DNA of 61,985 nucleotides, filler included, from Chiloscyllium plagiosum (GCF_004010195.1; 3 parts of one record of this genome joined end to end with filler, not necessarily neighbours in it); one strand, 5' to 3'. Counted from the whole stretch's first letter, positions 1-13,560 are shown. Program-made: numbers and translations. Notes: a model not told the origin generated them from the letters alone.

Positions 1-575
1 CGTTCATTATCAGAGGGATTGAATTCAAGAGTCGTGGAGTGATGTTGCAGCTGTACAGGACTTTGGTTAGGCCACATTTTGAGTACTGTGTGCAGTTCTG
101 GTCGCTTCACTTTAGGAAAGATGTGGAAGCTTTGGAGAGGGTGCAGAGAAGATTTACCAGGATGTTGCCTGGAATGGAGAATTGGTCGTACGAGGATAGG
201 TTGAGCATGCTAGGCCATTTCTCATTGGAATGGAGAAGGATGAGGGGTGACTTGATAGAGGTGTAAAAGATGATCGGGGAATAGATAGAGTAGACAATCA
301 GAAACTTTTTCCCCGGGTACAACATAGTGTTACAAAGGGACATAATTAAGGTGAAGGGTGGAAGGTATAGGGGAGATGTCAGGGGTAGGTTCTTTACCCA
401 GAGATTGGTGGGGGCATGGAATGCGCTGCCTGTGGGAGTGGCAGAGTCAGAATCATTGGCGAACTTTAAGTGGCAATTGGATAGGTACATGGATGGGTGC
501 TTAAGCTAGGACAAATGTTCGGCACAACATTGTGGGCCGAAGGGCCTGTTTTATGCTGTATTGTTCTATATTTTA
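1..575 (+). mobile_element. CR1-clade LINE 3' fragment
   Basis: LVRPHFEYCVQFWS...LERVQRRFTRMLPG...RGDLIEV is the CR1 ORF2 C-terminal signature. Followed by the 3'UTR. Confidence 0.9.
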
Positions 576-1058
576 TTAAATTTCTTTGCTTTTCACATGT
601 CTCTTTTATCTTCCTTTCTTCCTTAGTAGCATCTCTTGGAATGCATTCCTTTTGTCATTCCACCTGTTCAGTTGCTTTGAAATTATTTCTGAAATCTTTT
701 GTGAGAAAGTTAGACATATAGCATAGTTTTCACATGAAGTAGGGTTAGAGGGCAAAATATAATAAGAGAGGACGCACAGGTACATCTACATTAGTGCACT
801 GGTTCTGTTGCTGAACGAGTAATTCAGATGATTGGAAGAACAATTCAGCTCAATTCTCATGATACCTGTTTGACAATTTGAATTCAGTTTAAGATAAAAA
901 TTTGGAAATTAAAAAAGTGCAATAGCTGCTACAGTATGCTTCAGGAAAACAAACACGCGGTCTCTATTTATAATTATCTATTTTCTCACTGCTACTGGTC
1001 TAATAGTTCCATGTTCAGCTTACTTTTTAATTATAGATGATTTCAAGGAATGGTTTTG

Positions 1059-1095
1059 GGGTTAAGGTTAGGATTAGGGTTAGGGTTAGGATAAG
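1059..1095 (+). repeat. Short degenerate (TTAGGG)n interstitial telomeric tract
   Basis: gggttaaggttaggattagggttagggttaggataag, flanked by a 12-bp direct repeat GGAATGGTTTTG. Confidence 0.75.
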
Positions 1096-1212
1096 GGAAT
1101 GGTTTTGCTGAGTACAAACAGTGATGGTACTGGCTGCAATATAAATAATCAATATCACATTATGAACTTCAAGCAAAAATAAGGACTCTTATCTTCATAA
1201 GCATAGGGATAG

Positions 1213-1523
1213 GTTAGATTAGATTACAGTGTGGAAACAGGCCCTTCGGCCCAACAAGTCCACACCGACCTGCCGAAGCGAAACCCACCCCATACCCCTA
1301 CATTTACCCCTTACCTAACACTACGGGCAATTTAGTATGGCCAATTCACCTGACCCTGCACATCTTTGGACTGTGGGAGGAAACCGGAGCACCCGGAGGA
1401 AACCCACGCAGACACGGGGAGAACGTGCAAACTCCACGCAGTCAGTCGCCTGAGGCGGGAATTGAACCCGGGTCTCTGGCACTTTGAGGCAGCAATGCTA
1501 ACCACTGTGCCACCGTGCCGCCC
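1213..1523 (-). mobile_element. HE1-type tRNA-derived V-SINE
   Basis: On the - strand: A box (TGGCACAGTGG), B box (GGTTCAATTCC), central V-domain GTGTCTGCGTGGGTTTCCTCCGGGTGCTCCGGTTTCCTCCC and an (AATCT)n tail. Confidence 0.9.
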
Positions 1524-1556
1524 ATAGTATTTGTTCATAACCAATACAATGGTGCA

Positions 1557-2525
1557 TGTGACAATGCTATCACTTTAAGAGGTTATTTTATTTTGATTAG
1601 ATTACATTAAATTCGCTACGGTGTGGAAACAGGCCCTTCTGCCCAACAAGTCCACACCGACCCTCTGAAGAGCAACCCATCCAGACCCATTTACCCCTGA
1701 CTAACGTACCTAACACTATGGGCAATTTCGCATGGCCAATTCACCTAATCTGCACATTTTTGGATTGTGGGAGGAACTGGAGCACCCGGAGGAAACCCAT
1801 GCAGACACGGGGAGAGTGTGCAAACTCCACACAGACAGTCACCCAAAGTGGGAATCGAACCTGGGTCTCTGGCGCTGTTAGGCAGCAGTGCTAACCACTG
1901 AGCCCTTTTGTCCTTTTTTTTTGAAGAGAGGTTGTAAGGCAGAGGTGCCTTTAAGAAAGTAAACAATTTGTCAGGCCTTGGGGTTTTTTGAAAAAGTTGG
2001 AGGATGAAAGCAGTCTGAATGGATGGGGGTAGCTCTCACAAACTCAGTTTTCTAGTTTTCTTTTAGTTTTTAGGTTGGGTTTAAAACAGAAGCCTTTGGG
2101 GTCTCAAAAGAATTGGAAGCTTCAGTGAATGTTTCCTGGCTGCTATGTTCTCTGAATTTTTTCTTGATGTTGTTTCCTCCTAGATTGGAGAACTGCATGT
2201 GAGAATCTGTGTCTGAATTTGCCTTTTTGTCAAGGGGTGTGTTTATGGGATGTTGCTACACTGGAATAGTTCATTAATAACAGGTACTGTATCTATTATT
2301 CGGTTAAATTTTCCGATTGTTAAGTTATTCTAAATTCCTCTTTCCTTTGTTTGTATTTTAACCACAGTGTTTAAATAAATTGTGATTTGATTAACGTTGA
2401 GTAGTTTGACCAGTCACATCCCATCTAGAACACAGAACTTCACATCTACCTTTACAATAAGAAAATCTTAGGCTCAAGGCTACTCTCTTAAAATAGTCTG
2501 AGGGGACCTGGTCTGGTCCATAACC
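1557..2525. mobile_element. LTR-like interspersed repeat (candidate solo LTR), interrupted by a SINE
   Basis: Begins TGTGAC, ends TGGTCTGGTCCATAAC, internal AATAAA. Similar to 16295-16927 and, in reverse orientation, to 43468-44048 and ~23527-23830. Confidence 0.5.
1596..1904 (-). mobile_element. HE1-type V-SINE nested in an LTR-like repeat
   Basis: Same head, core and tail as 1213-1523. Confidence 0.85.
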
Positions 2526-3529
2526 CGCTACACTGCTGAGTGGTTGGCTGGACATCTTTGTGATGCAGAGTAACATCAACAACTTGGGTTCAAATCCTGC
2601 ACCAGCTTAGATTACCATGAAGGACTCTCCTTCTCAATCTCTCCCCCTCATCTGAGGCATGGTGACTCTCAGGTTAAAACACCACCAGTCATCTCTCTCT
2701 AATGAGAGAGCAGTGCCATGGTCTGGTATGATAATGGCAACTTCACCTTTTTTACCTTTGCATGCACTTCTGATCTGAGGTATGTGCACTTTCTGTCCAT
2801 CTGTTTGGGAAGTTAGAGAGCTCAATTCCTGACCTGTATCTGGTCCTTATCACATGTAGGATCTAGTTGTGTTGGTTGCATGTATTCCAGAGCACAACAA
2901 TGAATGTACTTCAACACATTACTTCATTCCCTGTATGGAACTTTGGGATGTCATGAAAGGAACTAGATAAATGCAAACCTTCCTTTTTTACATGTTGTCT
3001 TCATCACAAAGATCTCCTACTTTCACTTCTCTAATATTGAGTATCTTCTACACTGCTCATTCCTTCTGATGCTGAAACCATCACCCCCATATTATATTAC
3101 ATCCAGACTCCAATACTTGAATATTCTCCTGGCTGATCTCACATTTTCCGCTGTCCATAAATGCAGGATGATCTACAACTATGCAGCACGTATCTCAACG
3201 CGCACCAGTTTTAATTCACCCATCACTCCCAGCTCAGTGGTCTAAATTAAGAGCAATGCTGGTGTTAAAACATTTCTCACTCTTGTCTGCAGCTTCTTCA
3301 TTCATCTTGCTCCTCAATATCAGTTCTCACCTCCTCCAGCCCCACAAATGTTTGAAAGCTCTGTAGTCCTTCAAATCTGGACTTTTGTACATTCCCCGAC
3401 TACTTCATCCCATCTTCAGCAGTTGAGGTGTTAAGCACCAAAAAATAAACTCTCCCTGAACCTCTCCAGCTCTCAGTCTTCTTAAGATTCTCCTTTAAAA
3501 GCCACCTCTTTGATTAAGCTTAAGGTCAA

Positions 3530-3956
3530 CTTGTCAGGAATGGAGGGTTTGAGTTATAAGGAGAGGCTGGATAGGCTGGCACTTTTTTCACTGGAGCATC
3601 GGAGGTTGAGAGGTGATCTTATAAAATAATGAGGAGTTTGGATAAGATGAATGGCAGGTGTCTTTTCCCGAGGTAGAGGGGGCATATTTTAAGATTGAGA
3701 GGAGAAAGATTTAAAAAGGATGTGAGGGGCAACTTCTTAACTCAGGGATGGTTTATGTGTGGATTGAACGTTCAGAAGAAGTGGTGGATGTGGGTACAGT
3801 TCCAAAGTTTAAAAGACATTTAAGTAAGGACATGGATAAGGAACATTTGGAGGAATATGAGCAGGCAGGTGGGGCTAGTTGAGTTTGGGATTATGGTCTG
3901 CATGGACTGGTTGGATCAAAGGCTCTGTTTCCATGCTGTATGACTCTATGACTCTA
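3530..3956 (+). mobile_element. CR1 LINE 3' end
   Basis: Decayed SYKERLDRL...RLRGDL coding sequence and an (ACTCTATG)n tail. Confidence 0.85.
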
Positions 3957-6900
3957 AAGGTATCTATTTGTCTCCATCTTTGTATGAGGAGATGTTGTCT
4001 GATATGCTGTAGTGAAGTGTTTTAAGGTTGTTTACAACATTCAAAAATATTTTAGTTCTTGTTGCTTTCAAGGCTTTCAGATGCTCGTTATTGTTGAGTT
4101 TACTCTTGTGGTTTATAACAAAAGTTAATGACTTAAAGAGATACACAACTACCACACAAGAAAAAAAATGAGTAATGAAAGTCAGAACATCAGTGGGAGT
4201 TTTAGTGGGAACCGTTGTCCCAATTATGTCCATAATTAAATAAACAGTCACACTTTGGCTTGAAGCTTTCAGACAAGATATTTAGTCAAACAAACTTTTT
4301 GAATTATCTGAGTGGCTCTTTATCTTTCCTTATACTTGCAACATTATAATCTAACAGTCACTGTGACAAATGTGATTGTTTGATTGTTTCATATAAATAT
4401 TACAAATATTTCAACTATCCATAGTTACTTATTCTTTCTAAATCATAAAAGCCTCCACAGAAGAGCAGAGTCAGGGGTTTAAGAAAGGCATTGCAGGAAA
4501 GATTGCCAGGGAGACAATGGAACCAAACCCTCAATGCAGGATCAACTGCTAGAGCTGGAGGAACCTGGAGATGACTAAGGACCAGTTCCTCGGGAAACTG
4601 GTGGATGGTCATAGATATCTAAGCTCATGTTGCTGAAGATGTCCCATCTCACAGCACTCCTCACCATTCCCTGCTGGTGGAAATTAGAGAAAATGTAACA
4701 TTGAACTTTTCCCTTTCTGGCTACTTCCGAGGGTTAGCTGCAGATTGAAATAGTGCCTTAGAAACACTTGTACACCATTGCATCCTGCTGTCTGTGGATG
4801 ATTCCTTTGCTAAGAGCAAGGCAGGACCTTCATTTAACAAGAGCCATTCTCTTACAGGTCAGAGGGAATTAGATTCACCACCATCACTGGATTCAGACAT
4901 TATTCATTGCATCGCTCTGGTTTTTTTAGGTTTCCTCCAAGGCTATTCCAGTAAAATCTGTCAATGGGAAGGGTTCCAATCCTTCATTGTGTCAATCAGC
5001 TGCAAAATTCCCAGCAGATGCTATGATCCAACTGAACATGCTGCGTCAAACACAGCAATGTCCTTGAAAAGATGGCTATTCACCCCACTCTGGGAGCCCT
5101 AGACACAGACACAGAGACAATGTCATCTGTTCTGAAGATGCAAATCCAATGCCTGGAGCACTGGGGGAAGCCCTCCAATACCCTCATGCAAGAGTCTCTG
5201 TCATCATGGTTGTTTGGTGGCATTTTTCCATCTTGCTCCATGAGAGAAGTGTACATCTTAGGGATAGTAAGCAGGAGTTGTGAGGAGGAGGAACTAGAGG
5301 CAGTGGAAGGTGATGGTGATCTGGGAGGTACTCCAGAGATGGTCTTCTCCTGACACCCCTTGGAAAGGGTGCACTTCCTCAGTGTCTTTAGCATTAGACT
5401 CAGGTTTACATTGATGAAGTGAGAGGATGTTTTGTACTGCAGGTCAATTCTCTGGCTCTCCAGGGATGGCGTGGAAAGTTTTGGCATTATAGCGAGATTT
5501 CTCTCTTGGGAAACCCAACAGCCCTAGTGTTGGCAGCACTGGTGCGTTAGATTAGACCACAAGTCTTTATGATATTGGAGCAGAATTAGGCCATTCAGCC
5601 CATTGAATCTGCTCTAACGTTCGATCATGGCTGATATGTTGCTCAATCCCATTCGTCTGACTTCTCCCTGTAAGTTGACCCACCACTATCCTTGCTTCTA
5701 CAGGCTGTAAATAGACTGAGGAAGGATTTTCTCAGTCAGTGGGTGGTGAATCCGTGGAACTGATAGTCGCAGTCAAGTCATTGAGTGTATTTAAGACAGG
5801 GATAGATAGATTCTTGAATTAGTAACAGGATCAAGGGTTACAAGAAGAAGGTAGGAGAATGGGGTTGGCAAACATGTCAGCCATGATCGAATGGTGGAGC
5901 AGACTTGAAGGGCCGACTAGCCTAATTCTGTTCCTATACCTTATGGGTCTTATGGCCTGGAAACCCAATCACATAATGGCTCATCCCTATGAGTTCCTCC
6001 TCATCACAACTCCTACTCACTGTCCTCAAGGTCCACACTTCATTTGTAAAGCAAACCATTGGGAAATGTAGCACATGACCTAATGACAGAGCTCCTTCGA
6101 AGGGTTTGTAGATGATTTGTCACCATCCAACAGAACCAGAAGACTGCCGGAAATGGTGGGGACACGGTGCAGCAATGTCTCCCTGAGTATCTGGGGTTCT
6201 GATGGCTCTTCAGCTGGAGTTATGCTGTAGAACCAGCGAGGATTAATGTTTCAGTGCAATCTAAAATTCCAAACTTCATTCAGTTTCTCACTGGAAGTGG
6301 GTCTCAGGCAAAATATCAGACTGTAAAATATTAACATCTCATCTGATTCAGCTCAGCAAAAATATGACCTGAACTACTCCCTAGATTTAATCCGGGTGTG
6401 GAATGCTAATTTATGTAAAGGTGAACTGTTTATGAACTTTAGATAAAACCACACTATTAAATACAATTGTTAACTGCTGCTACCTGTTGCTCCTATCAAC
6501 CATTGCTGTCACAAATCACAACGTGCACAGAGATTACACCTTTCTAATGCCTTCAAGCACTGCTACTCCAAACAAGTTATTTTATTCCAGCACATCAGTT
6601 ATTATTGGATGATAATTGCTCAAGAGTCTATATCCTTGTTGAAGACTTGTCATGTCTTAATCCAAATATTGTACAGAATTTACAACACAGAATGAGCCAT
6701 TCCAGCCAATGGGTGTTAGCGGGTGGTTATACTCCACCAAGCTCCTAATCATCTCAAGGCATCCTACTTATTTCGCCCTCATGTTCTCATCCAGCTTCCT
6801 CGTAAATGCATCCACATTATTCATCAGAAATACCACGAGTGGTAAATATAAATTCCATCTTGCCATTCTGACCAGATGTTAATTAAACTGGAACATATTG

Positions 6901-7159
6901 ACATCACCCTGACCACATTCACTGGAATAAAGATGAGTTTTCAGAAAGTTAAAGAAAATGCCTGGCTTCAGATCACTTGGCTGGTTCGGACGTTAGCAAT
7001 GGGAGCTCAGATGTTTCCTCAAGGAGCCTCCATCATAAATCCCCATACAGAGGAGCTGTATGTAGTGATATTCAGCACACAAACAATTCAGGGAGTCTTC
7101 TTATGATCTGTCTTTGACCACTATTTGCCTTTGAAAGGTTTGCAGAATTTCTGCAACTT

Positions 7160-7415
7160 ACCCTGGGAGAAAGACCTTTGCTATTCACTCTATCTATGCC
7201 CCTCATGATTTTATAAACCTCGATATCGTCACCCCTCAGTTTTGGGCAAAAAAGTCCCAGCCTATCCATATAACTTAAACCCTTTAGTCCTGGTAACATC
7301 CTTGTACACCTTTTCTGTACCTTCCTATAGGAGGCTGACCAGAATTGAATGCAGTATTCCAAACGTGGCCTAACCAATGTCCTGCAACATGACCTGCCAA
7401 CTCCTACACTCAATC
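7160..7415 (-). mobile_element. CR1 LINE fragment
   Basis: ORF 7072..7413 reads TLVRPRLEYCIQFWS...LRGDDIEVYKIMRG. Confidence 0.85.
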
Positions 7416-8629
7416 CTTGGTTAACCTGTCAGCAAATCTGAAATCAGTTGAGAATTATTGCTTGCTATCAATCATATTGCAGCCTGAATGAAATCTTTTT
7501 CCATTCAATGTTCAGGACAGTTCATGCCAATTTTGTATCCTTGTGTGTGATTCAAATAAATCATTTCCATCTTTTTCAACGAGATGCAACAAACCACAGG
7601 GGGAATAATTTACAAAACTGAGGCTAAAATGAGAGATTACATCAATTTATTTGGATTAAATTTCTATGATATATTTTTAGCTGGCATTTTAATTTTAGTT
7701 AATGGCTTTTTGAAATGTCTCTGGGTGTGGTGCACCCCCCGATACCCAAGACAGCACTCATCATAGAACAGTGGGCGCTATGCCATGATCTGTCAAGCTC
7801 TACCTTTGACAATCCAGGCAAAGGTATTAGCAGAATTGGCCCAATCTCCTGTTCAAATGATATACAATATTCAAGACTGGACATTCTGAAAATTGGTCCT
7901 TTTGGCATTTTCAGAATAACACATTGCAGCTGATCTGACTCCATGGAGATCTTTGCTTGATCCTCAGAAATCTCTGACCATTACTTAAGGAACAAAATCA
8001 CAGAATTGCGGTCATGGCCTCCCATTTTGTGCTGCAAGTTCAACAAACAATTCGATAGCTGATTTGCTCAATCATTATTTCTTGTTAAATTGTCCAATGT
8101 GTCTAAATTGCTTAAATAAAACTTCATGAGATAATGCAATGCTCTGCTCATATGACTACACAATTACAGTATCTAATTGAAACAACTCTTGATTTCAAAT
8201 CAAACTCCAATGGTTCACAATACTTTAAGTTGATGGTCTCTCTATGTAAATTGTGGGGGTCTCTGATTAGAAACACTTGTATTTAGGAACCCAATTCCAT
8301 ACAGGAGTGTAATCTTAAAGGTCTGACACATTTCCTGTATAGCTGTTTTATACTGTCCTGCACTGTATTCCAACTTGTGTACAAACTGACTTGTGAATGG
8401 ACTCCAGAATGGATCCCAGGGGCTGTCTATACTCTCAATGATTCAGTAATGCCCTGATTCAGCCATGCCACAAAATGTACCTCTCAGTTTATTTTGAAAG
8501 TTCATGCAAGCTCTGAGATCATTTCAATCTGCAGCATAAAAAAACAAGTAACAATCTGAGTAGTGTTGTGTTGGACGCTGCTCTACTCAGCACCTTTTTC
8601 AGTTCAGAAACTTTGAATGATAAACAAAA

Positions 8630-8975
8630 GTTTTTTTTATTCATTCCTGGGAGGTGGGTCTCACTGGCTGGGCCAGCATTTCCTACCCAACCCAATTTCC
8701 CAGGTGGCAGTTAAGAGTCAACCACATTGCTGTGGGTCTGGAGTCACATGTAGGTCAGACCAGGTAAGGATGGCAGTTTCCTTCCCGAAAGGACATTAGT
8801 GTAACAGATTTTTTTTGTCCTGACATTTGTCATCAATAGACTCTTAATTATAGATTTTTATTAAATTCAAATTCCATCATCTGCTGTGACAGGATTCAAA
8901 TCCGGGTCCCAGAACCTTACCTGGGTCTCTGGATTAACAACACAGTGATAACACCACTCCGCCATCGCCTCCCCT
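8630..8975 (-). mobile_element. Second tRNA-derived SINE family
   Basis: On the - strand, a tRNA-like head plus shared body (CTAATGTCCTTT...GGAA, GACCCACAGCAATGTGGTTGACTCTTAAC). Related copies at ~10215-10680 (-), ~54585-54890 (+) and ~60430-60735 (+). Confidence 0.65.
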
Positions 8976-9480
8976 CTCATAGGAGATGTGCTGTGTGTAA
9001 TGAAGTAGCAAGTGTTTCCATTCTCTAAGTGTGAAAAACATTGAGCTAATCAGAACTGTGAGGAGGTCACTTGAGGAGCAAGTCTTAGTTAACATTTCAG
9101 CAAATTTTAAGACTCACGAGTATTGCCACTTGCTATCAATTGCAAATGAAATCTCTGCCCCCTCAATACTTAGGAGAATTCATGAATCCAGGGAGGGGTT
9201 TAAAAAAAAAGGTGAAGATTTACTTGTTTGTGATTATTGATCCTTACATAGTTGTCATGAATACTGTGTTTATGTAGAAAGTAAAAGAAGTGAAGATTTA
9301 TTGACCAACTTCGGACCCTTATTAAGGTTCATGTACTGGTGTGACCTTAATTCTTCACATTTTAAAAACTGACCTTGCCAAAAAGGATATCCATTGAATT
9401 GAAAAAAAAGACCCATCCTCCTAAAATAGATCAAAGTCTAACAGGGAGTAGCTAAATGCTTAGTTGTCTGCTATCGATCC

Positions 9481-9955
9481 ACTCCCGGCACCTTCCCCTG
9501 CAACCGCAAGAAATGCAAAACTTGCGCCCATACCTCCCCCCACACTTCCCTCCAAGGCTCCAAGGGATACTTCCATATCCGTCACAAATTCACCTGCACC
9601 TCCACACACATCATTTACTGCATCCGCTGCACCCGATGTGGCCTCGTCTACATTGGGGAGACAGGTCACCTACTTGCGGAACGTTTCAGAGAACACCTCT
9701 GGGACACCCGCACCAACCAACCCAACCACCCCGTGGCTGAACACTTTAACTCACCCTCCCACTCCGCCAAGGACATGCAGGTCCTTGGCATCCTCTGTCG
9801 CCAGACCATGGCAACACAACGCGTGGAGGAAGAGCGCCTCATCTTCCGCCTAGGAACTCTCCAACTACAAGGGATGAATGCAGATTTCGCCAGTTTCCTG
9901 CTGCTTGGATGCTGCCTGACCTGCTGCGCTTTTCCAGCAACACATTTTTCAGCTG
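9481..9955 (+). mobile_element. Penelope-like element 3' fragment: GIY-YIG endonuclease plus part of the terminal repeat
   Basis: Open frame PGTFPCNRKKCKTC...IIYCIRCTRCGLVYIGETG...RFREH...VAEHF...EERLIFRLGTLQ.GMN (PLE-type GIY-YIG), followed by GGATGCTGCCTGACCTGCTGCGCTTTTCCAGC. Confidence 0.92.
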
Positions 9956-10350
9956 CCATCGATCATAATTGAAAAGTCAAATTATCTTGAACAATCTAAG
10001 TTACAGTTTTCTTTCTGTTAAATATTTAAAGAGTAATTTAATAGTTAAATTGAAATACAAAATACATCTTTAATAATTAGATTAGTTACTTTTATTTAAA
10101 GGGAAATTATTGTCATCTTGTAATTTTCAAAGTAATTATGGAGGGGGTGGGACGTAGAGAAGAGGCAGCAGAGATAAAAGATTTTCAGAAGTGAGCTTCA
10201 GATTTTTTTCTATCTATTCAAATGATAAGGGTGTCACTGGCCAGGCCAGCATTCATTGTCCATCCTTAATTACCCAGAAGGCCGCTAAGAGTCAACCATA
10301 TTGCTGTGGGTCTAGAGTCACTTATAGGCCAGGTAAGGATGACAGTTTTC

Positions 10351-10588
10351 CACCCTGAGGCATATTGATGAACCGGATGGTTCCTTGCCCCCAACAATCA
10401 AATCATAGTCATCACTTAGCCTCTTCATTTCAGATTATTTTTTCATCAAATTCAAATTTCACCATTTGCCACCCTGAGGCATATTAATGAACCGGATGGT
10501 TCCTTGCCCCCAACAATCAAATCATAGTCATCACTAGACTCTTCATTTCAGATTATTTTTTCATCAAATTCAAATTTCACCATTTGCC
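10351..10588 (+). repeat. 119-bp tandem duplication inside a SINE
   Basis: 10351-10469 and 10470-10588 are near-identical. Confidence 0.9.
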
Positions 10589-12194
10589 ATGGCAGGATTT
10601 GAACGGAAGTCCCCAGAACATTCCCTGGGTCTACTGCATTAACAGTCCAGCTTTAATAGCGTTAGGCCATTGCTTTCCCAGGAATTAATTACAGGAATCT
10701 GGTGGCTGATACCTCTCAGTGATGCTGGACCAATGTAAAAACTGGATGAAGTGTGTTTAAAGTGCAGAAAGGAATGATGTTAAGGATTTGAAAATGAGCA
10801 CTGATCTCATCCCCCAATTAGCAGAAATAGCTTTAATAGATTATGGTGATTGGACTGTTTTATTGCTTGTCCAAAGTTACTATTTGTATTGCAATGACTC
10901 TGGATAACATTAAGTGCATGGTATGGTAGAAATACCTGGGCCAAACTAAAGAACTGAAGAGGATGTAAAACTTTGATGGTCATTGTCTTGAGATTTTCTA
11001 ATAGCAGTATGTTTGAATTTTGAGGTCAATGAGATTTTTAATGTTTTGACACTGTTGGTTTCCATTTTGGAGAGGTTGTGTAACCTGTTCTGCAGTCTGT
11101 CTGAAAGTGAACCTGGGTGGTCTGTGTAGTGATTGGAACAAGGACAGCCAGGAGGAACTCATAGAATGTGAGTTCCCTGATCAGGGCTGTTAACCTGGTC
11201 CAATCAGGGAGTCCTGGCTGACAGATTAGAACAGGAGTGTCAGAGGTTGTATTCTCTCTGAATGCTGACTCCGAGGAAAGCCAAGATTGAGATTTCATTC
11301 ACACTGCTTTACAATTGATAGCAAGTGACAATACTCATGAGATCTAAAATTTGATGAAATGTCAACTAAGACTTGCTTCTCAAGTGATCTCCACATATGT
11401 CTAATCAGCTCAATATTAATCACATGTAGAGAATGCAAACACTTGCTATTTCATTACAGTCTATGAGAGATGGCACTGAGGATCAGTGTCAGAGACTCTC
11501 CGCATATAAATAAAAGGTGACTTAGTGACAGGATACAGGCCCCAGGGGTGCTATTTCAGTCTGTTTGCTAAAAACCAAAGAATGGTTTTGTTGAGGAGAA
11601 AATGTAAGGTATTCAGATTCGGAGACAAAGGCAGTAGTCTCTAGGTTGCAGTGAATAGACTCTTGAGACCAAGCCTAGGCTCGAGTGAACTGTGTTCGAT
11701 TTACAGGATCTTTGATCAGGGAGTCAGTGAGAGAAATGGTGCATCAAATTGTGCCTGTTGACCAAGAACACCAGTCGGTGGCAGCGACAGAGATTACCAA
11801 GTGCTAAAATGGGCTCCTTCAAAGCCTCAGTTGTCTAAGATTTCACCACAGTTGTTTAATTCAATGTTAGATGCTCCAAGCAATAATAATGTTGTAATGA
11901 TAGCCATAAGGCTTATGAAACACAAATTTTAAAACTCCTTAATACTGAGAGACTATTTGTTTTCAACATTTGGAAGACAGGGAATTCAAATAACTTGATA
12001 GCTTGACAGTTCCATGGTCCTTATCCACTTTGTACAAGTATTTACATCAACTCTAAAGAAAAATCACAAGTCACACCATCAGCTCCATCAAAAACTGGAT
12101 CGGTTTTGAAATCAACACTCAGCTCAAGCAATCCTACTGTGTTCATGGTTTCCCCAAAAGTAGATCATGTCTTGCTACCCTTCCACTGTCAGGA

Positions 12195-12525
12195 TGGTGG
12201 CTCAGTGGTCAGCATTGCTGCTTCACAGCACCAGGAACCTGGGTTCCATTCCATTCCACTCTCGGGTGACTGTCTGTGTGGAGTTTGCACATTCTCCCTG
12301 GGTCTGTTTTTGGTTTTATCTGAATGCACTAGTTTCCTCCCATAGTCCAAAGGTGTACAGGTTAGGGAGAAGCAAGCCATTAGGTGGAACATAAGCGCAG
12401 GTTTCTCCAGAATTGTGTTTTAGCCAAAAGGCATGGTCATGGGAAATGCAGGGTTACAAGGGTGTGGGTGGGATGCTCTTTGGAGGGTCGGTGTGGGCCT
12501 GCTTCCACACTAGGGATTCTAAAAA
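12195..12525 (+). mobile_element. HE1-type SINE, decayed and interrupted
   Basis: Head GGTGGCTCAGTGGTCAGCATTGCTGC and core TGTGTGGAGTTTGCACATTCTCC. An unrelated insert sits at ~12365-12435. Confidence 0.75.
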
Positions 12526-12959
12526 TTGGACCTGTTGGAAGTTAGGGCAGTCCCTCTATATCCAGAATCCCATGCACTTTGGCTAAAACACAGAGTTCCA
12601 CAATTCTGTAGAAATCTGCATTAATGTTCCACAGTCTTAGAAAGGTGTTGAAGGTACCAAGATGCAAACTATTGTAAATTGTTCATTTACTTTTAAATTG
12701 GAAGAGAGTAGTGATCAGGAATAGACTATTAAAATTACTATTGAGATACAAAGTTAATGTGTTTTATGTTGCCACATGAAAAGAGGGGAGAAAGAGCCAA
12801 CTTGAAGATCTGGCCATGGACCTCCCCACAAACGAGTTCACATCACAGAGAGACAGGAGTTCAGTGTGGTCTGCAGGAAGGGCTGCTTTGTCTTGTGAGC
12901 TACTACAGTTGAGTGTTGGAGAGAGACAGTCTCTGGTTGAAGATGTGCATCCTGCAGCC

Positions 12960-13560
12960 ATAGAGTCATGGAGTCATAGAGATGTACAGCATGGAAACAG
13001 ACCCTTCAGTCCAACCCGTTCATGCCGACCAGATATCCCAACCCAATCTAGTCCCACCTGCCAGCACCCAGCCCATATCCCTCCAAACCCTTCCTATTCA
13101 TGTACCCATCCAAATGCCTCTTAAATGTTGTAATTGTACCAGCCTCCACCTCTTCCTCTGGCAGCTTATTCCATACACATACCACACTCTGTGTGAAAAG
13201 GTTGCCCCTTAGGTCACTTTTACATCTTTCCCCTTTCACCCTAAACCTATGCCCTCTAGTTCTGGACTCCCGACCTATCTGAACCCTTTCAAGTTTCATA
13301 ACATCTTTCTGATAGGAAGGAGACCAGAATTGCACACAATATTCCAACAGTGACCTAACCATTGTTCTGTACAGCTGCAACATGACCTCAAAACCCCTGT
13401 ACTCACAAATCTGACCAATAAAGGAAAGCATACCAAACGCCTTGTCGAACACCTTACTGAAGTCCACATAGATCACATCTACTGCTCTGCCCTCATCAAT
13501 CTTCTTTGTTACTTCTTCAAAAAACTCAATCAAGTTTGTGAGACATGATTTCCCACGCCA
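12960..13560 (-). mobile_element. CR1 LINE, internally deleted
   Basis: RT motif (EFFEEVTKKIDEGRAVDVIYVDFSKVFDK) is fused directly to the C-terminal region, followed by an (ACTCTATG)n tail. Confidence 0.9.

Noticed and set aside
1332..1544. Recurrent short ORFs such as AQWLALLPHSTRDPGSIP and MGNLAWPIHLTCTSLD
   Set aside because: These are translations of non-coding HE1 SINE copies.
4794..5487. Cluster of overlapping 93-135 aa ORFs (Ser/Pro-rich)
   Set aside because: No recognisable domain or splice structure. Possibly a decayed transposon accessory gene, but I cannot support that.
10351..10588. Repeat-spacer-like periodicity considered as a CRISPR-type array
   Set aside because: A simple two-copy tandem duplication in eukaryotic DNA, with no unique spacers.
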